From a bacterium (GTDB taxonomy: Bacteria > UBA8248 > JACPRG01 > G963555815): a stretch of DNA of 64,000 bases. The position numbers and the translations under genes were made by a program. The stretch is taken from the NCBI GenBank assembly GCA_965218795.1, contig OZ244653.1, positions 1,472,001 to 1,536,000 of the forward strand, given 5' to 3'. The notes under the pieces were generated by a model. That model saw only the letters and a program-made list of their open reading frames with translations, did not search any database and was not told where the DNA came from. This document shows positions 10,556-18,572 of this stretch, piece after piece (the first letter of the stretch is position 1; every line of letters starts with the position of its first letter).

Positions 10556-10816
10556 TTGCCGCGAAGGGAAAAACGCCCGGTCTTGGGGCACCTGTTCTGG
10601 GGACTGATGACCCTACTCTCCGTCGGGCTGATGATGTCCGGCATCGGCCCGATCGAGCTGATCGGCGACGGCCTCCTCGCACTTTGTCTCATCAAGGCGG
10701 GATTAAAGATTCACGGTCACGTCATCGGCGGGGGACCCCGCCGGCGCCTTCGCTTCGGCGCAAGAGCGGGAACGGAGCCGGCGCCCCCCAAGAGCGAGCC
10801 CTCACCCGGCGCCTGA
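10556..10816 (+). CDS. Small hypothetical membrane protein
   Basis: GGAG RBS with TTG start at 10556; two hydrophobic stretches. Confidence 0.5.
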   Translation: MPRREKRPVLGHLFWGLMTLLSVGLMMSGIGPIELIGDGLLALCLIKAGLKIHGHVIGGGPRRRLRFGARAGTEPAPPKSEPSPGA

Positions 10817-10885
10817 CGCGCCGTCGTCCGTCCAATCCGCCATGCCCTCCCATCCGCACGTCAACGCCCGGGAGAATCCATCCGC

Positions 10886-11158
10886 ATGATCGGATGTCTG
10901 GTGCTCATCGGATTGCTCTTCAGTGCGGCCATCGGCAAGAGGCCGGGTGCATTGATATACCTGCTGCTGGTCGCGCTCTACATCGGCCTGCGGAACTGGT
11001 CGCACCGCGCTCAGGCGCCCGAGGTGGAGGAAGGTGAGTCGCTGGAGGGCTATGAGAGCGAGGCCGACTGGCGCCGCGCGAAGCGAATCGAGGGCCGGCT
11101 GGCCTGGTCGGGCGTGGTGATCCTCACGATCTCTCTCTATTTCTATTTTTCAGACTGA
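10886..11158 (+). CDS. Small hypothetical membrane protein (3 TM)
   Basis: GGGAG RBS, hydrophobic segments flanking an acidic loop. Confidence 0.6.
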   Translation: MIGCLVLIGLLFSAAIGKRPGALIYLLLVALYIGLRNWSHRAQAPEVEEGESLEGYESEADWRRAKRIEGRLAWSGVVILTISLYFYFSD

Positions 11159-11598
11159 CGTGTTCCCGGAGGATTTCGGGGCGTCCGATCGCCATCCAGC
11201 TCCGCCCGCATGGCCTCCTCGATGTCAGGCGGGAGCCGTTCCGGCCGCATCTTGTCGTTGAGATGGGCCAGGACGGTGAACCCCTCGGCGACGACCTTCC
11301 CCCTCGCATCGCGGGCGGTATAGTCCACGCGAAACCGGGTTCGGCGAACCTCGCCGATTCGCGCCTCCACGTAAACCTTGTCGTCGTAACCCACGGCCGC
11401 CAGATGCCGGCAGCCGGATTCGATGATGGGCAGGCGGGACCCGCGCGACTCCAATGCCCGGTAGGAATAACCCAGCATCTTGCTGAACAGGTCTGTTCGG
11501 GCTACTTCGAACCAGACGAGGTAGACCGAATGATGGGCTACGCCCATCTGATCGGTCTCGGCGTAGCGGACCGTAATCTCCGACACGTGGGGAGGCAA
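11143..11598 (-). CDS. Acyl-CoA thioesterase (YbgC/4HBT hot-dog family)
   Basis: VRYAETDQMGVAHHSVYLVWFEVAR. Confidence 0.92.
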   Translation of the reverse strand: MPPHVSEITVRYAETDQMGVAHHSVYLVWFEVARTDLFSKMLGYSYRALESRGSRLPIIESGCRHLAAVGYDDKVYVEARIGEVRRTRFRVDYTARDARGKVVAEGFTVLAHLNDKMRPERLPPDIEEAMRAELDGDRTPRNPPGTRQSEK

Positions 11599-11608
11599 CC
11601 GGATTCCC

Positions 11609-12967
11609 CTAAAGAAGCATGGCGGAAGCCGTGGAGAAGTAGATGAGGGCGCTCACGATGTCGATGGTCGTCGACACGAAAGGCTGGGTGGCCACGGCCG
11701 GGTCGATGTTGATCCAGGAAAACAGCAGCGGCACTATGACGGACCAGACCGCGGCGGCGATGATCCCGAACAGGATCGCCAAGGCCGCTATCGGTCCCAG
11801 CCAGGGGTGGCTGGAATAAAGAAGGTACGTAATCCCGCCCAGCAGAATGGAGATGGCGAGGCCGAGCAGGAGCCCGACCTGGAGCTGTTTCCAGATGATC
11901 TGTACCCACTGCTTGGGGTTCAGCCGGCCCGTCGCCAGCCCTCGCACCAGAACCGCGACGGACTGATTGCCGACAATCCCGCCCATGCCCAGAATCACGG
12001 GCATCATGGCGGCCAGATAGACCTGATTGTTGATCAGCCCCGCAAATCGGGCGATGACCTGCGCCGTCACCAGGCCGGCGCCCAGCCCCACCAGGAGCCA
12101 CGGCAGCCGGTAGCCCGCCACGCGGAAGGCGGACCGGGTCAGGATTTCATCGTCGGTCGTACCGGCCATTTTCAGGATGTCTTCCGTAGCCTCCGCCCGG
12201 ATCACGTCGATGACGTCATCGACGGTCACGATCCCCAACAAGCGATTCTCCTGATCCACAACGGGGAGGGCTAACAGGTCGTACCGGGAGACGAGCCGGG
12301 CGACCTCTTCCTGGTCGGTATCAGTGTATACCCGGTACACCTCTTCCCTCGCCAGGCCCTTCAGTGTGGCGTCCGGCGAGGCCAAGAGAAGCTGGCGAAG
12401 GGAGAGGACCCCTTCGAGGTGATTGTCGTCGTCCACAACGTAGATATAGAAAACGGTTTCCGCTTCACTCTCTTTGCGAACGCTGGTGATCGCCTCGGCG
12501 GCCGACATGCCTTCGGGCAGGGACAGGCAATGGGGGGTCATGATCCCCCCGGCAGTCTCTTCGCCGTATTGGAGCAGGTCGGTCACCGGCTCCGCCACGG
12601 GCGCTTGGAGGATCTCCAGGATGGACTTCGCCTTCTCGTCGGACAGCCGGCCGATGAGATCGGTGACATCGTCGGCCTCCATCTCCTGAAAGAGAGCCGC
12701 CGCGTCCTTCGGCTCCATCGGCTCCAGGAGTTCGTGGGCCGTCTGGTCGTCGCACTCGCTCAGGACCTGCGCGGCCCGCACACCGTCATCGATCAGCCGG
12801 AAGGTGGCCAGCTTCTCGTCTCCCGCCATGTGGAGGAGCATCTGGGCGAGATCGGCCGCGTGGAGCTTGTCGAGGAGGTTCTTGGCGTGCCCCATCGCTC
12901 CGCGGCGCATCAGGCGGCGAAAGGAATCCTGCACCAGATGAAGTTTTTGTTCCTGACTCTGAACCAT
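11609..12967 (-). CDS. mgtE: Magnesium transporter MgtE
   Basis: Acidic N-domain, CBS pair (TAGGIMT, GIVTVDD), RLPWL, DPAVATQPFVST. Confidence 0.96.
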   Translation of the reverse strand: MVQSQEQKLHLVQDSFRRLMRRGAMGHAKNLLDKLHAADLAQMLLHMAGDEKLATFRLIDDGVRAAQVLSECDDQTAHELLEPMEPKDAAALFQEMEADDVTDLIGRLSDEKAKSILEILQAPVAEPVTDLLQYGEETAGGIMTPHCLSLPEGMSAAEAITSVRKESEAETVFYIYVVDDDNHLEGVLSLRQLLLASPDATLKGLAREEVYRVYTDTDQEEVARLVSRYDLLALPVVDQENRLLGIVTVDDVIDVIRAEATEDILKMAGTTDDEILTRSAFRVAGYRLPWLLVGLGAGLVTAQVIARFAGLINNQVYLAAMMPVILGMGGIVGNQSVAVLVRGLATGRLNPKQWVQIIWKQLQVGLLLGLAISILLGGITYLLYSSHPWLGPIAALAILFGIIAAAVWSVIVPLLFSWINIDPAVATQPFVSTTIDIVSALIYFSTASAMLL

Positions 12968-13023
12968 CGGTCAATACCCTTCCGTGAGCACGCGTCCGCC
13001 AACCGCGCGGCTGCGAGCGGGGC

Positions 13024-13054
13024 ATTATCTATCGCGGAAGCGTCCGACTGTCAA
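13024..13054 (-). promoter_or_regulatory. Putative sigma70 promoter of mgtE
   Basis: Minus strand TTGACA followed by TAGATAAT. Confidence 0.45.
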
Positions 13055-13322
13055 ACCGTCCCGGGCGCCTACCCTCCGGGCCAATCCCGGCCGTCCACCA
13101 CCGCGAGTCGCCGTCCACGACTCGGGCGCCAAGTGATTCAGATTACCAGATGGAGAGTGAGGCCCGGAGGGGGGGATGAAAGAATTCACAAGACTGACAC
13201 GATTGAAAAGTCGCGGTCCTCTGGGCCGAATCGGCAGGTGTCGGGCTCAGCGGAGGCCGGATTTCGAACACCGGGAGGGAATCCCGGAAAGGGGCGGTCA
13301 ATCCGCGGCCGGGCCCGGCGTC

Positions 13323-14168
13323 TTATGTCTTGAGGGCTTCGAATACCTGCCGTGCAACGCTCGGAAGCATAATCATCGAGAGGTGTCCCGTCCCGTCGAT
13401 CAGGACCTTCCGGACCGCCGGGACGTCCCAGCCGCCCGCCGATTCCTCCGGCGCCATGGCATCGAAAGAAGAGAAGATATCGGTTGCATCCAGATCGATC
13501 GGGTCATCTCCCAGCCATTGAAGAAAGCTGCTTTCCGGCTTCATATCCAGCCCGCAATCCCCCCAGGTAAACGCCCAAAAAGGAATCCCGCGGTGCGGCG
13601 TTGCCAGAGCGACGAGGTGCGCCACCCGGATATCCGAGCGGGCATCCCGGCGCGCCTGGGCCACGCAGGCCCGGGCGATCAATCCGCCCATGCTGTGCCC
13701 GACCAAATCCACGGCGTCCGCCCCGGTTTCCTCCAGCACATCCAGAATCACGCCGGTCAACTGGGCGGCAAAACCCCGAATGTCCGACCTGACGGGAGTG
13801 AAAGTAGGCATGACCACTGTGGACCGGCCCATCGTGCGGAGCCAGAAGGCGAGGACGGCCATCGTCCATCCCCGCATGGAATAGCCATGGCAAAGAATGA
13901 CGGGGCGATCGCCCTGACGCGAAGTGGAGGGCAGCGTTTTCTTCTGGGCCAAAATGCGCCGTATCTGCGTCCATACCCAATCGGCCATCCAGAGCACAAC
14001 CATCACGAGCGTCGAAAGCGATTCGATGAGGTAGCCGCGGACGCCGGGCCAAGTCACTTGATAGAACCGCCTTTCCCAATCCGCCTTCCTCCCCTTTTCA
14101 TAAAGGCGGAATGCGCAGAGCAGCAGATTGTACGCGAGAATGAAAAGGATCAAGAGCCAAAAGAGCAT
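13323..14168 (-). CDS. Alpha/beta hydrolase (lipase/esterase) with N-terminal TM segments
   Basis: PVILCHGY, GHSMGG nucleophile elbow, ATPHRG, GH catalytic His. Confidence 0.88.
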   Translation of the reverse strand: MLFWLLILFILAYNLLLCAFRLYEKGRKADWERRFYQVTWPGVRGYLIESLSTLVMVVLWMADWVWTQIRRILAQKKTLPSTSRQGDRPVILCHGYSMRGWTMAVLAFWLRTMGRSTVVMPTFTPVRSDIRGFAAQLTGVILDVLEETGADAVDLVGHSMGGLIARACVAQARRDARSDIRVAHLVALATPHRGIPFWAFTWGDCGLDMKPESSFLQWLGDDPIDLDATDIFSSFDAMAPEESAGGWDVPAVRKVLIDGTGHLSMIMLPSVARQVFEALKT

Positions 14169-14177
14169 CAGCTTCGC

Positions 14178-15329
14178 CTATCCCGTCAAAGAGGGGCGCG
14201 GCCCCCCCTCGGTGTTGTCGATCTTCCGAGCGGCTGCAAACCGGTCCAGGAAACGGCGCCGAGCGATCCCCAACTCCACGAGCCGCACCACCAGGTCCGG
14301 ATAGGCGAGTCCGGCCGCTTCCCATAACTTGGAATATACGCTCGTCGCCGTAAAGCCGGGGATGGTGTTCAACTCGTTCAAATAGATTTTCGGAGGATCC
14401 GGTTGCGTTTCCACCAGAAAATCCACGCGGGCCATTCCGTCGATGTCCATGGCCCGATAGGCCCGAAGGGCCAGTGCCCGAAGGTCAGCCGCCAGAGGTT
14501 CCTCGACGTCCGCCGGGATCACAATGTCCGTAGCGCCCTGGGTGTACTTCCGCTCGTAATCGTACCAGCCCTCACGCGGACAGATTTCCGCCAGGGGATC
14601 CGCCGCCTCCGGCGCGTCCCGGAGTCCGTCTCCGGTGGAATTGCCGAGCACCGCGCACTCCACCTCCCGCCCTTCGATAGCTCGTTCCGCCAAGACCCGC
14701 CGATGGAACCGGAAGGCCGTTTCGACGGCGGCGTCCAGATCGCCCTCATGGTCCACCCGGCTGATGCCAACGCTGCTACCCAGGGCCGCCGGCTTCACGA
14801 ACAGGGGAGGCGAAAGCGAGGCGGCTTCCAGCGTTCGACGGACAGCCGCCGGGTCGTCCCGGTGCGTCTCCCACCGGAGCGCCGCCCATTCGACCATCGG
14901 AAGGCCCTCGGCCTCGCAGACCACCTTGGTCAGCTCTTTATCCATCCCGACGGCCGAGGAGGCGACCCCCGCGCCAACGAAGGGGATCTCCGCCAGATCG
15001 AGAATGCCCTGGAGGGAGCCATCTTCTCCGCCGGGTCCGTGGATGACGGGAAAAGCCGCGTCGAACTCGTGCAGCGTCCCTCTTTCGGCGTCCACCAGGA
15101 CGGGGGGGCCGGGTTCCGCGCGCAGATCCACGCGCGCGCCGGTTTCCGGCGCGTCTTCCGGCGAATCCAGAAGAACCCACGTTCCCTCGACCGTGATCAG
15201 GACGGGGAGAAACTGGATCTCTTCCGGTTTGACCGAACGGGCGATGGAGGCTGCGGAGGCCAGCGAGACTCGGTGCTCGGCCGACCGGCCGCCGAATATG
15301 AGCGCGACGCGTCGAACGGCTTGGGTCAT
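14178..15329 (-). CDS. ddl: D-alanine--D-alanine ligase
   Basis: FGGRSAEHRVS, HGPGGEDG, GSSVGI, WYDYERKY, NELNTIPGFT. Confidence 0.96.
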   Translation of the reverse strand: MTQAVRRVALIFGGRSAEHRVSLASAASIARSVKPEEIQFLPVLITVEGTWVLLDSPEDAPETGARVDLRAEPGPPVLVDAERGTLHEFDAAFPVIHGPGGEDGSLQGILDLAEIPFVGAGVASSAVGMDKELTKVVCEAEGLPMVEWAALRWETHRDDPAAVRRTLEAASLSPPLFVKPAALGSSVGISRVDHEGDLDAAVETAFRFHRRVLAERAIEGREVECAVLGNSTGDGLRDAPEAADPLAEICPREGWYDYERKYTQGATDIVIPADVEEPLAADLRALALRAYRAMDIDGMARVDFLVETQPDPPKIYLNELNTIPGFTATSVYSKLWEAAGLAYPDLVVRLVELGIARRRFLDRFAAARKIDNTEGGPRPSLTG

Positions 15330-16096
15330 CCCTGAAGACTTCGGAATGCGGAGCAGAGGTCGGCCATGCCCTTGGAGATGATTCCCGTGCCGTTGGCGGC
15401 CAACATCCTGGCCCCCTTGGTCATCCATTTCTCCGCGGTGGCCGGGTCGTTGGCGAGAATGGCCGGTATCTTTCCGGCGTTCACCGTAGCTTCGAAAATC
15501 CGGTCGATAGCCTGCTCCACTTCCGGGTGGGCGAGCTGACCGGGAAATCCGAGGTTCATGCTCAGGTCCGTCGGCCCGACGAAGATGACATCGATCAGCG
15601 GAACCGAAGCGATGCCGTCCACCTCATCGATGGCCTGCCGGGTTTCCACCTGGACGCAAACGAGGGTCTCCTCCTTGGCCGCCGCCAGGTACTCGCCGGG
15701 TTTCCACAGGCCGTAATGGGCCGCCCGGATGGAGAAGGCGATGCCCCGGACTCCGTCGGGGGGATAGTGGGCCGCTGCTGCCGCGCGCTCCCCCTCTTCC
15801 TTCGAGTTCACCTGCGGGATGAGGACGCCCGAAGCCCCGGCATCCAGGGCGCGAAGAATGTTTGTCCGCTCCGAGGAGGTCACGCGGACGACGGCTTCGG
15901 TTCCGGTTGCCTCCGCGGCCCGGACCATACTGACCGCGCTCTCCGTATGCCCGGGGCCGTGTTCGGTATCGGCAAAGAAATAGTCAAACCCGGCCCAGCC
16001 GGCGATCTCCGCCAGCGGGGTCGAAGGGATGCCCAGGAAAACGCCGAAGACGGTTTCCCCTTCGCGCAATCGCGATTTCAAACAATGTGTGGGCAC
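15326..16096 (-). CDS. HpcH/HpaI class II aldolase
   Basis: DTEHGP, RALDAGA, YPPDGVRG, QVET, FVGPTDLS. Confidence 0.93.
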   Translation of the reverse strand: MPTHCLKSRLREGETVFGVFLGIPSTPLAEIAGWAGFDYFFADTEHGPGHTESAVSMVRAAEATGTEAVVRVTSSERTNILRALDAGASGVLIPQVNSKEEGERAAAAAHYPPDGVRGIAFSIRAAHYGLWKPGEYLAAAKEETLVCVQVETRQAIDEVDGIASVPLIDVIFVGPTDLSMNLGFPGQLAHPEVEQAIDRIFEATVNAGKIPAILANDPATAEKWMTKGARMLAANGTGIISKGMADLCSAFRSLQG

Positions 16097-16127
16097 GGAA
16101 CAACCTCATCCATCTCGGGGACGGTGC

Positions 16128-16706
16128 TTATTTCAGAAGACGGGACATGAATTTGAACTCGTCGGTGCCCGCGACTCGCAGAACGTCGAAGACCACCGTT
16201 TCCGTCGACGTGATCACGGCGCCGGCTTTCTCCATCAGCCGCAACCCGGTTTCCCAGTTCTCCTTCGTTCTGGAGCAAACGGCATCCGCGGGGACGTGAA
16301 CGTTCCACCCCTGATCCAGCAGGTCGCTAACGGATTGAAAGACGCAGACATGGGTTTCGCATCCGGTTACTACAATCTCGCCGGGATCCGCATCTGGCAG
16401 CCAGTCTGCAATTCTCTCTCCGCCGCAGCAACTGAACGAAATCTTCTCCATCGGCTCAAAGTCCGGCATGGACTCGACAATTTCAGGGATCGTTCGTCCG
16501 AGCCCCTTGGGATATTGCTCTGTCGCGATGGCGCGAATCCCCATGCGCCCGGCGAGCGAGAGCAGGATACCGATGTTTTTGATCGTCCGCTCACGGGCCT
16601 CTTCGGGCATGGCGGTCATCAAACGTTCCTGCATATCGACGACCAACAGGATGGTCCCATCCGCCGCCACCCGAACCTGGGGGCTGCCGTGATCTTCATC
16701 GCTCAT
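16128..16706 (-). CDS. Isochorismatase-family cysteine hydrolase
   Basis: VVDMQERL, TEQYPKGLG, GCETHVCV. Confidence 0.92.
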   Translation of the reverse strand: MSDEDHGSPQVRVAADGTILLVVDMQERLMTAMPEEARERTIKNIGILLSLAGRMGIRAIATEQYPKGLGRTIPEIVESMPDFEPMEKISFSCCGGERIADWLPDADPGEIVVTGCETHVCVFQSVSDLLDQGWNVHVPADAVCSRTKENWETGLRLMEKAGAVITSTETVVFDVLRVAGTDEFKFMSRLLK

Positions 16707-16938
16707 GGACGCTCCTGACCCTGGGTGTGCGGCCCGGTTCCCGGAGACGTTTCCACCGGAGAAGTTGCGGCGGATTCTAGCATAGGGACCCAAGGCTCTC
16801 AAGGACCCCCCGCTCAATGGGACTCGATTGACTTCAACGGAGGCACTCCCTAGGATAAAAAACCATTTCACGAGAAACCGCCCACTTGAGAATCCGGTGC
16901 CGGATTCAGCCCTTTTCGTTCTCGGAGGTAGTCAGGAC

Positions 16939-17934
16939 ATGGCCTCAGACCGTCCGAAGGTGGTGCTGACGGATTACGTATGGGAATCGTTGGAGCCGGA
17001 GGAAAAGCTCTTCGCCTCGCTGGGCGCCGACTTCATTGCCATTCAATGCAAAAGCCGGGAGGAGCTGCTGGACGCAGCCGCAGGGGCGCAGGTTCTGCTC
17101 AACACCTACTTCGCCCCGCTGGATCGCTCGCTATTCGAGACCCTTCCCGCGCTGAAGATGATCGCCCGGTACGGCATCGGGGTGGACACCATCGATCTCG
17201 AGGCAGCGACCGACCATGGGATCATCGTCACCAATAACCCCACGTATTGCCTGGACGAAGTCGCCGAGCATACGATGGCCCTGCTCCTCGCTTTGGCCCG
17301 CAGGGTAGCCGTCTACGACCGTGACGTGCGCCGCGGCGTCTGGGACGTGGAAGCGGCCAAACCCATCCGCCGAATCAGTGGAAAAACCTTGGGCTCGGTG
17401 GGTTTCGGCAATATCGCCAGGAAGGTGGCAAAACGGGCGCGGGGATTCGAGATGCGGGTTCTGTATTACGACCCGTTCGTCCCCGCGGAGGCGGGTGCGA
17501 AGGAAGGCGCGGAGTCCGTTTCGCTGGAAACGCTGCTGTCCGATTCAGATTTTGTGACCATCCATGCGCCCCTCATCCCGGAAACACGGCACATGATTGG
17601 TGAGGCCCAGCTCCGGATGATGAAACCGACCGCATTCCTTGTCAATTGCGCGAGGGGACCGCTCGTCGAAGACGCGGCCCTGGAGAAGGCCGTCTCAGAG
17701 GGATGGATCGCGGGGGCCGGTCTGGACGTTCTGGAGGCCGAGCCGCCTCTGTCCCCGGATCACCCTCTGCTGCATGCCTCCCAAAATATCGTTACGCCCC
17801 ATTCCGGCTGGTATTCGGAGGAATCGCTGGTCGGACTTCACGAAGGGGCCCCGGCCGAAGTGGCCCGCTTCCTCCAGGGCGAGCGCCCCGTCAACGTAGT
17901 CAACCCGAAGGTCCTTGAAAAGGTCGGCCTCTGA
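16939..17934 (+). CDS. D-2-hydroxyacid dehydrogenase (CtBP/SerA-like)
   Basis: RYGIGVD, GFGNIA, NCARG, TPHSGWYSEE. Confidence 0.93.
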   Translation: MASDRPKVVLTDYVWESLEPEEKLFASLGADFIAIQCKSREELLDAAAGAQVLLNTYFAPLDRSLFETLPALKMIARYGIGVDTIDLEAATDHGIIVTNNPTYCLDEVAEHTMALLLALARRVAVYDRDVRRGVWDVEAAKPIRRISGKTLGSVGFGNIARKVAKRARGFEMRVLYYDPFVPAEAGAKEGAESVSLETLLSDSDFVTIHAPLIPETRHMIGEAQLRMMKPTAFLVNCARGPLVEDAALEKAVSEGWIAGAGLDVLEAEPPLSPDHPLLHASQNIVTPHSGWYSEESLVGLHEGAPAEVARFLQGERPVNVVNPKVLEKVGL

Positions 17935-17970
17935 GCCGGTTGGGGTCGGCGCTGTTCAGGGAACGAGTGG

Positions 17971-18204
17971 TCAGTCGGCAACCACGCAGGTTAACGTCCG
18001 GCTGACCCCCTCCAGGCCGCGGATTTTCTCCATGAGCACCCGCCCCAATTGCGTCATGTCATCCGCTTCCACCACAACCACCGCATCGTGAGGACCTGTG
18101 ACCGGTTGAGCCGACACCACGCCCTGGACCTCGGCAATCTGATTCACCACGGCCGAGGGCTTCGTCCCTCCGATGTCAACGAGGATATAGGCCTGAATCA
18201 CCAT
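17971..18204 (-). CDS. Stand-alone Lrp/AsnC ligand-binding (RAM) domain protein
   Basis: AYILV...VTGPHD...IRGLEGVSRTLT; GGGAG RBS; no HTH. Confidence 0.88.
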   Translation of the reverse strand: MVIQAYILVDIGGTKPSAVVNQIAEVQGVVSAQPVTGPHDAVVVVEADDMTQLGRVLMEKIRGLEGVSRTLTCVVAD

Positions 18205-18572
18205 GAACTCCCTCTCCCGCCCGTCCCGCGGAAATCCGCCCGCGCCGGCTTCGGCATCCGATTCGCTTCAATAACCCCTATCTAATTCCCCGGGGGGCTT
18301 CAGACCAGGGGAACCGACACCCCGGCCGAGCGTTTACCCGCCGATTTCCGGAGTCGCCCTCACCTGATGACGGCTTCTGCAAGGATGATTCGCCATGGGT
18401 TCCTTATTCCCGTTGGACGACCCGCCGCAAAAAAGTTCCCGGGCGCCGTTCCGCATCATAAGACGCTGGAAGCAATTATAGTATAGAATCCCTTGAACAT
18501 TCTCCCTTGACACTCAGGCGGGAGAAGCGCATCCACTCGGAAAAACACGAAGACTGACGACCAGGTGAACCG

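Noticed and set aside
12970-13320. M-box riboswitch upstream of mgtE
   Set aside because: The predicted promoter leaves only a ~50-nt leader and no M-box consensus is evident.
18360-18385. CTGATGA motif suggesting a hammerhead ribozyme or fluoride riboswitch
   Set aside because: The required GAAA core or GGCGATGG 5' element and supporting stems were not found.
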